From positions 52,045,684 through 52,109,683 of the forward strand of contig NC_068996.1 of assembly GCF_001194135.2 (NCBI RefSeq): DNA of 64,000 nt, written 5' to 3'. The DNA is from Octopus bimaculoides (lineage: Eukaryota). The notes under the pieces are model-generated. The model saw only the letters and a program-made list of their open reading frames with translations, was not told the DNA's origin and made no database searches. Shown one piece after another: positions 1 to 12,331 of this stretch. Within the stretch, counting starts at the first letter, position 1, and each line of letters begins with the position of its first letter. A program made the translations under genes and the position numbers.

Positions 1-279
1 TCTGTAGTAACGCCTTGTCTCGTGCGCATGCGTGGAATTCAACATCTAAAACGTTCCCGCTCTTTTCATTCTCTTTCTCGGCCGGCCGGCCATGAGCTCA
101 GACGTCCAACAACAGAGCTCTCTCACAGAAGGCGTCTCAGCAACCAAGATTAAGGCTGCCTATTTCCTCGGTAAATAAATATTGTTGTGTTGACAGTTCA
201 GAGTCAGCGTTACGTTGTTTCTTTTGAATTTAATATAGGAAAGCGGGTGTACACCTAATGGTGTATAACCACTTTCCTA

Positions 280-1596
280 TAGATCTGATTCTGATCAGGC
301 GTGCTGCCATAAAACACGTTCTCCATACACACTCTTATCACAGTGCGGACTGCAACACAGACCACTCCCTGGTATGCTGCAATATCAGGCTGCAACCAAA
401 AAGGTTCCACAATGCAAAGAAGCCGGGGGCCTCGCGCATTGACGTTAGCAAGATGACTCAGCTCGATCTTGTGGAACAGTTCGCAGAGGCCTTTGAAAAA
501 GAATACGATGCATCGCAGGCCGGAGATACCACTACAGAGAAGTGGGAAACTCTGCGAGACACAATCCACCGCACCTACCTGCAACTTTTGGGAAGAAAAC
601 CTCGAAGCCACATGACTGGTTTGACGCCAAATTGTCCGCGATAAACCCCGCCATTGAGGTCAAGCGCGCCGCACTCGCAGAGTACAAGCGATCACCTACT
701 GAGAAAAACCTGCAGATTCTCAAGGCAGCCAGGAGCAAGGTTCAGAACATCGCCAGGCGTTGCCCCAACGAGTACTGGACGGAGCTCAGCTAGAAGATTC
801 AGACGGCCGCTGCAACAGGCAACATCACAGTCATGTACAATGGTATCAAAAAGGCACTGGGACCAACACAGAGCAAGAACGCCCCCCTCAAATCCAACAC
901 CGGGGAAATCATTACCGACCAAGGCAGGCAGATGGAGAGATGGGTGGAGCACTACTCTGACCTCTACTCTAGAGAGACAACAGTGACTCCTGCAGCCCTT
1001 GACGCCATCGAGTGCATACCAGTCATGGAAGAGCTCGATCCAGAGCCTACCGTAGACGAGCTCAGTAAGGCCGTTGACAGTTTGACCGCAGGCAAGGCAC
1101 CAGGCAGCGACCTCATCAAGCACTGCAAGTCTACCTTGCTACAGCCCTTGCATGAGGTTTTCTGCCAGTGCTGGAAGGAGGGAAGCGTGCTGCAAGACAT
1201 GAGGGACGCTAAAATCATCACCCTTTACAAGAACAATGGCGAAAGAAGTGACTGCAAGAAATACAGAGGTATCTCCCTCCTTAGCGTAGTTGGTAAAGTC
1301 TACGCTCGGGTCCTGTTGATCCGTTTACAGAAGCTGGCTGAACGTATCTACTCAGAATCACAGTGTGGCTTCCGAGCTGAAAGATCCACGGTAAACATGG
1401 TCTTCACCCTTCGCCATCTCTAGGAGAAGTGCAGAGAGCAGCAGATGCCCCTCTACGTCGTATTCATTGACCTCACCAAGGCCTTTGATCTTGTCAGCAG
1501 AGACGGTCTTTTCAGGGCTCTCCGAAGGATCGGCTGTCCTCCAAAACTGCACAGCTTAATCGAGTCTTTCCACTCCAACATGAAAGGGACTGCGCA
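280..1596 (+). mobile_element. RTE-clade (BovB-like) LINE fragment, family A: end of AP endonuclease to mid RT
   Basis: Translates to DLILIRR..HSADCNTDHSLV (APE end), WVEHYSDLYSRE, YRGISLLSVVGKVYARVL, ESQCGFRAERST, FIDLTKAFDLVSRDGL. A few stops and frameshifts. Breaks off after MKGTAQ. Confidence 0.9.
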
Positions 1597-1902
1597 AAAG
1601 TATAAAATTTATATGAATATTTTCATCCTCTTTTTTTCGCACTTGAGAGATAGTTCATGGCATTGTATTTTTAATTCCCTCCAGAATAAATGTAATCTTT
1701 GATAAACTGGTAATGTTTGAAAGGTCGTTCCAATCTGTGTTTTTCCATCCACTAACATCCACACACACACACACATATATATGTGAGTGTGTGTGTGTAT
1801 GTTTACACAAAGATGTATATATATATATATATATAGATGTATATATATGTGCATTGATGTGTGTGTGTGTGGATGTGTATATATATGTGTGTGTGGATGT
1901 GG

Positions 1903-1936
<34 letters not shown>

Positions 1937-2326
1937 GCAAAATAGTAGTCCACACTACACAAACACAAACACACATCCTTTCCTGGTGTCAGAATTACCC
2001 GTTAGTCAACACATCATTGAAGACACAGTTTGCCATTTCTAATTTTATCAATGTATGTAGGTGGGGATGGATATTAGTGGATGGAAAAACACAGATTGGA
2101 ACGACCTTTCAACATTACCAGTTTATCAAAGATTACATTTATTCTGGAGGGAATTAAAAATACAATGCCATGAACTATCTCACAAGTGCGAAAAAAAGGA
2201 TGAAAATATTCATATAAATTTTATACTTTTGCGCAATCCCTTTCATGTTGGAGTGGAAAGACTCGATTAAGCGGTGCAGTTTTGGAGGACAGCCGATCTC
2301 TCGGAGAGACTTGAAAAGACCATCTC
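1500..2326. repeat. Inverted repeat: arms ~1500-1761 and ~2068-2326, microsatellite-rich spacer
   Basis: Arms match as reverse complements with few substitutions, e.g. AAAAGTATAAAATTTATATGAATATTTTCATCC vs GGATGAAAATATTCATATAAATTTTATACTTTT. Confidence 0.92.
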
Positions 2327-3232
2327 GCACATTACGCCCAGGAGAACAAGCTGTTCGGTACTCGCTATATTCCTGGTGGTAGATGCAAAGTTCTCGTAAA
2401 ACTCATCCTTGATGTCCGAAGTGGCGGACAGCGTTGGAGCGTACACACTGACGAGGTTGACNNNNNNNNNNNNNNNNNNNNNNNNNNNNNNNNNNNNNNN
2501 NNNNNNNNNNNNNNNNNNNNNNNNNNNNNNNNNNNNNNNNNNNNNNNNNNNNNNNNNNNNNNNNNNNNNNNNNNNNNNNNNNNNNNNNNNNNNNNNNNNN
2601 NNNNNNNNNNNNNNNNNNNNNNNNNNNNNNNNNNNNNNNNNNNNNNNNNNNNNNNNNNNNNNNNNNNNNNNNNNNNNNNNNNNNNNNNNNNNNNNNNNNN
2701 NNNNNNNNNNNNNNNNNNNNNNNNNNNNNNNNNNNNNNNNNNNNNNNNNNNNNNNNNNNNNNNNNNNNNNNNNNNNNNNNNNNNNNNNNNNNNNNNNNNN
2801 NNNNNNNNNNNNNNNNNNNNNNNNNNNNNNNNNNNNNNNNNNNNNNNNNNNNNNNNNNNNNNNNNNNNNNNNNNNNNNNNNNNNNNNNNNNNNNNNNNNN
2901 NNNNNNNNNNNNNNNNNNNNNNNNNNNNNNNNNNNNNNNNNNNNNNNNNNNNNNNNNNNNNNNNNNNNNNNNNNNNNNNNNNNNNNNNNNNNNNNNNNNN
3001 NNNNNNNNNNNNNNNNNNNNNNNNNNNNNNNNNNNNNNNNNNNNNNNNNNNNNNNNNNNNNNNNNNNCGGTCTGCTTGTCGGATGTTCTCCTAATTCCCA
3101 TGCAACCAATGAAGATGGCAGACCGTGACGGGACAACACCTTACTGGTTAGGGGCTGCCCAGCCTGGGGCGGGCGGTAGTTGTCCAGTGAGATTCGAAGA
3201 TCTCTCCCACCGTCGGAAGCAACCTCTGGCAC
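2231..3232 (-). mobile_element. RTE family A, 5' region and APE N-half joined to a short RT piece (spans N gap)
   Basis: VNLVSVYAPTLSATSDIKDEFYE..EQLVLLG (APE). Then jumps to sequence that is the reverse complement of 1500-1596. Confidence 0.8.
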
Positions 3233-4484
3233 CGCACATTACGCCAATTGAGTGAAGGCTTATAACACGTATATGTTTGTTCTCCGTGTTGTGTTGACAC
3301 CATATCAACGGTGAAGCTGGAGTGTCCTCTCCAGGTACAGTTATATGTGTGTAGGTGAATGATTTTATAAATATAAAAATATTTTATAAAATATATAAAC
3401 AGCTTTCTGTAGAAGCTGCTATATCATAATTTACTTAGCTCTTATTACTTGACAATATTATAATTTATTTTTTTCCACCATTATTCTTGGCAAAATAATG
3501 ATGCACTGAGTGACTACCGACAGATAAACACCTCGATATTATTTAGATAGCTTCTAATAATAACAACAGTAATCTTAAAAACGTGACACAAAAGCATGAA
3601 CGATAGTTCTTTGCTTTGTTCGTCAAGGTTAATGTAATTATTAAATTAAATTACAATCCAAGTATGGTTATCTCCCTTGGTTATTTATAAAAGCAGACAG
3701 AAAAAAAGAATGAACAGCTGGAAGAAAGTTAGTATTAGTATGATTGAAAAGAATAAGGGAGAGTACCTTTCCATGAGAAAACCAGTTGACATGACTAGCC
3801 TACTTTGACACATACAACACAGGACCTTGTTATCCGGCATCCAGAAATACGGAAATCGTGTACCATATTGGGCAATATCCTGCATTGAATACACAAACCC
3901 TATTTTTTAAAGTTGTTTAATTTTCATATGGCGAGTTAAAAATAGTTTTGTTTTCCACTTTTTTTTAATGGATTGAATAAAATTTAACACTTTGCTTTAA
4001 AAGTCTATTAATTTGTTGCCGTATCTGTTGAATAAAACCATATTCTTTACTTTTCTTCCTTCAATTTTCACTCTGTAAATATTTTATTGTATATATTGTA
4101 TAATAGATATATCTTCAGTGGATTAATAAATATCGAAAAGTGTATTAATCTGAATCTCTTAAATATAATTTAATTCTTTATTTTTTTAATACTTTATTTT
4201 GTATCTTAAGTATATATTTAAACTGTCTACAGAAATTCCAGAAATCTGAGACACTTCCAATTCTTAGTTTACCAGATAATTCGTCTGCCACCGTATTGCC
4301 TTTCACATTTGCAGAACTTAGATACTGCTTTTTAGTATCTAAGAGAAAAAGAATATAATTCTCAAAGTAAACAGTAAGAAATGGTGAAAGAAGAAAATAA
4401 AGAGGAAATCAGTAAATAGATAATCAAAATAGAGATATGTATACCCATTGAATCATTCATCATGCCAAGAGAAACAGGGGGTCA

Positions 4485-4955
4485 TCAGCATCATCATTAT
4501 CATCATCGTTTAACGTCTGTTTTCCATGCTGGCATGGGTTAGACAGTTTGACTGAGTACTGGTGAACCAGAGGCTGTACCAGGTTCCAATCTGATATGGC
4601 AAAGTTTCTACAGGTGTATTCCCTTCCTAATGCTAACCACTCTGAGAGTGTAGTGGGTGGTTTTTATGTTCCACTGGCACAGGAACCAGTCAGGTGGTAC
4701 TGCCATCAACCACATTTAAATGGTGCTTTTTACATGCCACTGTCACAGGACCAGTCTAGTGGCACTGGCATCAACCACACTTGANNNNNNNNNNCATGCC
4801 ACTGTCACAGGACCAGTCTAGTGGCACTGGCATCAACCACACTTGAATGGTGCTTTTTACGTGCCACTGGCACAGAACCAGTCAGGTGGCATTGACGGTG
4901 CTTTTTACATGCCACTGTCACAGGACCAGTCTAGTGGCATTGGCATCAACCACAC
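4485..4955 (-). mobile_element. 3' end of RTE-like LINE family B with (GAT)n tail
   Basis: (ATC)n then GTTTAACGTCTGTTTTCCATGCTGGCATGGG and the GTGCCACTGGCAC subrepeats shared with the copy at 54641-56782. Confidence 0.8.
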
Positions 4956-5239
4956 TCGGCTCTTTAAAAATTTTTAGATACTCCAAAACCTTCATGACAT
5001 TATTCTTGGTGATTGCAAGTCTGAGATATTAGAATAGCCAGGCACCAGGATAGAACTTCATCTGATACATCAGTTGAAACAAGATACTAATGAAATGAAA
5101 AACATTAACCTTGTCAGTGGCACCAGCTTCTACCAATATCTGAAAAATAGCGACTTTGTAAGTGCCCCCAGCTTCTACCAGAAGTTGTCTCAGCTTCTAC
5201 CAAAAGTAGCGACCTCATCAGTGGTCCCAGCTTCTAGTA

Positions 5240-6900
5240 ATATCATTAAAAAAAAACCCACAAGTTTGATTTATTAACAGATTTAAAGTATTTCAGTGCC
5301 TTATTTCATTCAGTTATGGATTCACTGACCTCAGTCACAACATTAACGATATGTGATGGAGTAAATGACTTTCTTCTGATGGTGTTCTATATGAGATATC
5401 TGTATCTAGTCTGAGAGTAAAGGGTAAAGAGTGAGTCCAATAGGCTTCTTCCTATTATCCCTAGACAATCTTGTTGACACCGGAATTGAGGGGATATATA
5501 TTTGTTCCAGTTAGGGTTTGTTTAATAATCAGGTCTATCTCTTTATGGTAAACTCTTTATGTGACTTGCATTCAGTCAAGATGACAATCCATGAAGACAT
5601 CTGGAATCAATGAGCATACAACAAAGACACCTCAATCTGCCATATATCAATTTCATATCTGGGGTGGATGTGATGCAGACCTCAACAGGGCTAAGTAAGG
5701 CACTGGTATCAGCTAAAGGAGAGCATAAATACTGAGCAGCAAAAGAGTTGTTTTTGCCTGCAAAATGTCCCAAACACTCTGGGTTAAATCTCCCGACTCT
5801 GGAAGTAACAATTCTAGTAACTTCCACAGTTGAAGAACTTCGTCCACTTCTCTTCAAGAGTTAGTCCATGTCAGGAAAGTAAGAGTGCTGTCTGCCAAAA
5901 GAGGAGCAAGCTTGACTGAAAGAGAGAAAGCAAGGAGGAAATTGACAGGAGCATTTAAATTAGCCCCTTCCTCATTGATTCAGCAACACTGCCTGAGCAA
6001 AAGATACTGATGTGAGCTTAACATTGATTAAGATTTTGAATTTTTCAAGAATTAAATCATCAAAGTGTTGTAGAAATAGCAAGAATCTGAACAAGGGACT
6101 AGTCCTTACAATGTAAAGTAACTTAGATAATAAAATGATAATAAAAAGAAATCTTGATAGAACACAGTTAATGTTGATGTTTTTCAGTCGTTGTTTGCAT
6201 TTTGTCATGGGAAAAAATAAATTCAAAAGCAAGATAACAAATTGGGGATCCAAGGGAAGTCCATGCCAATGATGGAGAAACCATGGTGACAAGGCCAAGA
6301 GGACAGGATTTGATGAACAGATCCACCATAGTCTGGAATTGTGAAGATAAATAACCATTCATCTTTGCAATACCCAAAATTCTCATTTGGAACTATTTGT
6401 TTTAAGACTCCTACAATTGAGTTTATGAGTCACTAACAACAATCGCACATGCAAATAATTCAAGACTAAGTTGCCTTTTCTGAAATCCTGAGATAGAAAA
6501 ACAAAAAATATGTGCCACTTGCTGAAGGGTAGAGGGCTCTAGATAAGCCTCCAAAGTAAAGTGACAGAGCTTTGGAATCCTCTCTTTCACTAAACTGAGA
6601 CTGACAGCAGCAGGACTTCCTGGCTGAAAGGGTACAGATTTCAAAGAGTGGTGATAGAGGCCTTTGACAAACACACTTTTGATGTGAGGCACCAGCAGAT
6701 ATGGGATGGAGATTACCATCAGGTTTAAAGAGACCAAATAGCTTAACACCAAACAACAAACACTGTATGTAGGGGAGTTCACTCAGTGAAGAAAATTTAT
6801 TCACTAACTGCATGAGACAATCCAAATCTTTAAGGCCAACATTACCACCTGACAGGGAAATGCCATGGTTTAGTGTGATTTTAATTCTACAGCATATAAT
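5240..6900 (-). mobile_element. Decayed CRE-like (restriction-like endonuclease) non-LTR retrotransposon
   Basis: Motifs in the expected order across frameshifts: LFGVKLFGLFKPDGNLHPISAG (RT), TQSVWD, CLCCMLIDSRCLHGLSS (zinc knuckle), RDNRKKPIGLTLYP (RLE, cf. DGKRPDGxTLxPW). Confidence 0.55.
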
Positions 6901-7921
6901 CATTTATTTAGAACTCTATGTGCGCATCTCACAAAAGAGAAAACTGATAAGGAATTTGAGTGTTATAAAATATTTCTTCCCATAGTAAAAAAGATCTCAT
7001 AATAAATAAGAAAAATTGGAGAGTGAGTTCATAAGGTGTTTAATAATGCCATCTTACATGTATTTCATTAACAATTATATCTATTATATAAGGTGAAACC
7101 TTATAAACAAAAGGCATCATGAAATCTTCAGAGATTGCATAGCAAATGTGAATTACCCTTAAGTTTATAATGCATATCATACAGTGTTATGTTATCAACA
7201 AACATAACTACAATTTGTTGATACCCTAGCACTGTCCGATGTTCATTATAAATCTTAAAGATTATTTACATTTGTTATACAATTTCTGAAGATTTGATAA
7301 TATAATCTGCTAATAAGGTTTTACATATCTTTTCTGTTGCTGTCACAGTTCTTGAAATGTTAAAATTAAGTGAAAATTTTCAAATTTGTTATATTAATGT
7401 AATTTTTCATGCTGAATCTGATCTTGTTATTCACTTGTTCCAGAAAAGTTTTAGAAAAATGCTACAGAGGTTTAAAATGTGATAATTTTTACCTAGTCAG
7501 AAAACAGGATTTGGAAGTAGGTATTTTATACATGATAGCTGTCTAGCACAACATTACTTTGACAATGAAAACAATATACTACCACAATGAAAGCTGTGTT
7601 AAAGGAAATAAAATTATTCTTTCACAAACCAGAGAAAAGTTGGCAATAAAAAGTAGCACAACAAAAGATCTGAGTAACAATGGTTGACTATTGGCAAGGA
7701 CCACAGCCACAGTATCAAGGATGTGCGGCAATTTGTAGCTGAGCCAAAGTTTCGGGATTTGAGAGAGATAAGAAAAAATATCCAGAAAGGCAACCTTTTT
7801 TTTGTCTTCTTATCAACTGCTACAATAACAGGATTGAAGGTTGGATGTTTGAATATTTTTGCTGAGGATGTTTGCAACTAATACTGTTTGCAACTAATAC
7901 TGTTTCTTTGCTTTTCTTAAT

Positions 7922-8290
7922 TCTTGGGCAAGTGTCTTCTGCTATAGCCCCTGGCTGACCAAAGCCTTGTGATTGAATTTGGTAGGCGGAAGTTACTGCC
8001 GTGTGTGTATACGTCTGTGTATGTGCTTGTGCCTCTCTCCCAGAGAGTGAGAGGAGGATATATATATGTCTTATATACATATATGTATGTATATATTTGT
8101 GTGTCAATATTTGTCCCCCACCATCGCTTGACAGCTGATGTTGGTATGTTTATGTCCCCGTAACTTAGCAGTTCAGTAAAAGAGAATAAGTACTAGGCTT
8201 ACAAAGAATAAGTCCTGTTTCAATTTGTTTGACTAAAAGCAATGTTCCAGCATGGCCACGGTCAAAATGACTGAAACAAGTAAAAGAATA
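7922..8290 (+). mobile_element. tRNA-derived CORE-like SINE (family S1), 5'-truncated
   Basis: CTTGGGCAAGTGTCTTC core, central TA/TG microsatellite, 3' GACTGAAACAAGTAAAAGA. Aligns to 26390-26812. Confidence 0.8.
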
Positions 8291-8329
8291 CACACAATCA
8301 TGTGTACTACCCCTCAGAACTTGCACTCT

Positions 8330-10110
8330 ATATACGATCTCCTGGAAGCTGAAGGATTCTGTGAATGGTCAGAGATTTAGAGACATCCTAATTGAAGCAT
8401 TTAACAAGAAGTAGGAGTAGTTACAGACATGTAACATAGAGGACAATCAGAAGTTCCTACAGGACAACTTACTGAGTGCCACAAACCAAATCTGTGACTG
8501 GTGCAAAGTCCCAACTAGACACAGGATGACGTGATGGTGGAACAGTGTAGTTGACAGGGCCGTTAAAGTAAAGGAACAGGTCTAGAAGGACTGGAAAATG
8601 ATGGTAACAGAGAACTATATCAGGTAGCTAGAAGAGAAGTTAGAAGACACTTAGGGAAGAAAGAGAAAGGAAGAAGGTTTCCAATGTCCTGCAGCAAGAG
8701 GGCCAGAAGCTTGAGGGGTTTGGGATTGCAAGACAGTGTGTCAAGAAAGCCATGATGTTGCAGGAGAGAAGCATGTTCACATGAGTGATGGCTCATTTGT
8801 AGTTATGGATCCTGCAAAGAAGGAGGTTTGGAAGTGCCACTATGAAAGGTTGCTAAATGCAGATAATGTATGGGAGAAGGAAAGCCTGCTTAATGTGGGC
8901 CCAACAGAGGGACCGGCTATCTGTATTGACAGTAACTGAGTATATAAGGTAATTAGGAAGATAAAGACAGGGAAAGCCCCCAACCCATCATGAATCATCA
9001 CTGAAATGCTTAATTTAGCAAAGACTAAAGTCCTAGTAAGTAGGAAAGTAGATAAATGACTGGTCCCTTCAGGGAAATGGCCCTGCTTAATATGTAGAAA
9101 AGGTGTTGGTAGAAACTCCATAAAGTGTGCCCAGTTAAAGCTATGGACATATAAGAGGTGCAGCAGTATCACATGATGGTCAGCAGAAAAAATAGTCTTT
9201 GTGTGTGGCAGATGTGCAGGTACATTAAACATTTGAAATGTCTGGGAGGATCTTTAGAAGTAGCAGACAGTTTCCATTACTTAGGCGACCAAGTTAGCTG
9301 TGGAAAAGATAGTTCTGAAAGTGTAGTTGCTAGAATAAGAACAGGCTGGGCAAAAGATTAGAGAGCTACTACTTCTGCTGGTAAAGAGCTTCTCCTTCAG
9401 AGTGAAAGGCAGGTTGTATGATGCCTGGGTATGAACAGCTGTGCCACATGGCAGTGAACTATGAGCTGTGACTATTGAGGACAGGTTTGAAAGAAATGAA
9501 GCCAGCATGCTCCACTAGATGGCAGAGTGTGCATATAAGTCTGTAAATGACTTAAGGAAAAATTGGATATAAGGGGCATCAAATGTACTGCGCTGGTATG
9601 GTCATGTGATGTGTATGGATGAGAACAGCTGTATCAAGAAGTGCTAATCTCTAATTGTGGAGGTACTGTATGAAAGAGATAGACCAAGGAAGATGTGGGG
9701 CAAAATGGTGAGAAAGGACCTTCAGACTTTAGGCCTCACAAAGATGTCAAGGAACTGAGACTTCTGGCGATTTACTATGCTTGAGAAGACATGTCAAGCT
9801 AAGTAGAATTGTGGCTGTTCATACGTACAGGCATTTCCTCTACATCCCTCTCTCAACTGAGAGGTACCAGTTTTTCAGGCTTATGGGTGCTGGTGCCATG
9901 TAAAAGCACCTGTGATGATGCTACACAAAAGCACCCATGCTGGTGCTACATAAGAGCATCCAGTACATTCTGTAAAGTGGTAGGTATAAGGAAGGGCATC
10001 CAGCCATAGAAACCATGCCAAAAACAGACAAAATGGAGCCTGGACATCTCTCCAGCTTGTCAGCTCCTGTAGGATGGAGAACAGTTGTTAAATAGTGGTG
10101 GTGGTGGTTT
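8330..10110 (+). mobile_element. RTE-like LINE family B, internally deleted copy
   Basis: WKLKDSVNGQRF, WWNSVVD, WKCHYERLLN, KTGKAP, then KTKVLVS..WPCLIC..FVCGRC, YLGDQVS, RIRTGW and the 3' UTR. The RT core is missing. Confidence 0.8.
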
Positions 10111-10802
10111 TCTTTTACTTACTATCATAACATTTCCTGTCTCAACCTTTTAATTCTATATTATATACTTTATCCAGTTCTTCCTTTCCCAGAACTGTAT
10201 TAATTTAGAATTCATTATTTATTTGTTAAGCATAAGCTTTCGTGTATCTGTGAAACCAACAAAAATTATACATTGTTTTCATTTTCCTCCACTCTACTGG
10301 AATTTTTTATGCAAAGGGTAGTTTTCTTCTTGAGTACAGAAAACGTGAATGTATAAGAACCGAGAAAACAAATAGAGAATGGTCTCCAATAGTTACAATT
10401 TCTAAGACCATTTTCAAACAGAGACAAGCGCTGTAAAAAAAAAAATCTAATGGTGATATATTACTTCAACATTGACACTAAACAGAAAATGAGATAATAT
10501 ATAAAATTAAAAAAAACCTCAACAATGACTAATGGACCTTCATACGAAGAGCTATCAACCTAATAAGATATAATTTAATTGTTGTAACAGTATTTAGGTA
10601 AATAATCTCATTATTATAAAACATAATGTCACTGAGATGGTGATTGCTGTCTAAAAGTAAAGAGAGTGGAAGACTTAGTAAATTATATACATTGTACAGC
10701 GCAGGTCTAATGAAGCAGCTTGGATTTTGTGTCAATAAAACGTTTTCATTACGGCAGCAGCAGTAACAGCAGCAGATTAAGAAGTGCTAGTGGCAACTTA
10801 AG

Positions 10803-10830
10803 CACTTTACTACTACTACTACTACTACTG

Positions 10831-10889
<59 letters not shown>

Positions 10890-10922
10890 GCTTTACTACT
10901 ACTACTACTGCTCTACTACTAC
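10803..10922. repeat. (CTA)n microsatellite
   Basis: About 40 CTA units with a few CTG interruptions. It is the source of the poly-Leu pseudo-ORF. Confidence 0.95.
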
Positions 10923-11929
10923 AACTGAAACGTACATACGAGTGCACGTGTGCATGTGGATATGTACGTATATACATATGTATGTATTTATGCGTGTATG
11001 TATGCATGTGTGTGCATGTATGTGTGTGTATGTATGTACATGCATATGTATGAATGTCTGCATGCATGTATGTATTGTATGCGTNNNNNNNNNNNNNNNN
11101 NNNNNNNNNNNNNNNNNNNNNNNNNNNNNNNNNNNNNNNNNNNNNNNNNNNNNNNNNNNNNNNNNNNNNNNNNNNNNNNNNNNNNNNNNNNNNNNNNNNN
11201 NNNNNNNNNNNNNNNNNNNNNNNNNNNNNNNNNNNNNNNNNNNNNNNNNNNNNNNNNNNNNNNNNNNNNNNNNNNNNNNNNNNNNNNNNNNNNNNNNNNN
11301 NNNNNNNNNNNNNNNNNNNNNNNNNNNNNNNNNNNNNNNNNNNNNNNNNNNNNNNNNNNNNNNNNNNNNNNNNNNNNNNNNNNNNNNNNNNNNNNNNNNN
11401 NNNNNNNNNNNNNNNNNNNNNNNNNNNNNNNNNNNNNNNNNNNNNNNNNNNNNNNNNNNNNNNNNNNNNNNNNNNNNNNNNNNNNNNNNNNNNNNNNNNN
11501 NNNNNNNNNNNNNNNNNNNNNNNNNNNNNNNNNNNNNNNNNNNNNNNNNNNNNNNNNNNNNNNNNNNNNNNNNNNNNNNNNNNNNNNNNNNNNNNNNNNN
11601 NNNNNNNNNNNNNNNNNNNNNNNNNNNNNNNNNNNNNNNNNNNNNNNNNNNNNNNNNNNNNNNNNNNNNNNNNNNNNNNNNNNNNNNNNNNNNNNNNNNN
11701 NNNNNNNNNNNNNNNNNNNNNNNNNNNNNNNNNNNNNNNNNNNNNNNNNNNNNNNNNNNNNNNNNNNNNNNNNNNNNNNNNNNNNNNNNNNNNNNNNNNN
11801 NNNNNNNNNNNNNNNNNNNNNNNNNNNNNNNNNNNNNNNNNNNNNNNNNNNNNNNNNNNNNTGACTGGTGAAATATCACTATTTCTGTAATGATTTGTAC
11901 TGGATGAAGGACCAAATTTGTAAAGTAAA

Positions 11930-12151
11930 CTCTCTTTACTCTTTTTACACTTTTACTTGTTTCAGTCATTTGACTGTGGCCATGCTGGAGCACCACCTTT
12001 AGTCAAGCAAATCGAACCCAGGACTTATTCTTTAGAAGCCTAGTACTTATTCTATCGGTCTCTTTTGCCGAACCGCTAAGTTACGGGGATGTAAACACAC
12101 CAGCATCGGTTGTCAAGCGATGTTGGGGGGGACAAACACAGACACACACAG

Positions 12152-12186
<35 letters not shown>

Positions 12187-12331
12187 CGACGGGTTTCTTT
12201 TCAGTTTCCGTCTACCAAATTCACTCACAAGACTATAGTAGAAGACACTTGCCCAAGGTGCCATACAGTGGGAATGAACCCGGAACCATGTAGTTGGTAA
12301 ACAAGCTACTTACTACACAGCCACTTCTGCG
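11930..12331 (-). mobile_element. SINE S1, near full length
   Basis: Reverse complement of the 26390-26812 copy, from the tRNA-like head (GGTTCCGGGTTCATTCCC) to the AAGAG tail. Confidence 0.85.

Noticed and set aside
10720-11996. Long ORFs in the track (poly-L, HT/VC-rich, X-rich; also 19849-20570 and 55623-56546)
   Set aside because: They arise from microsatellites and N gaps read through, not coding sequence.
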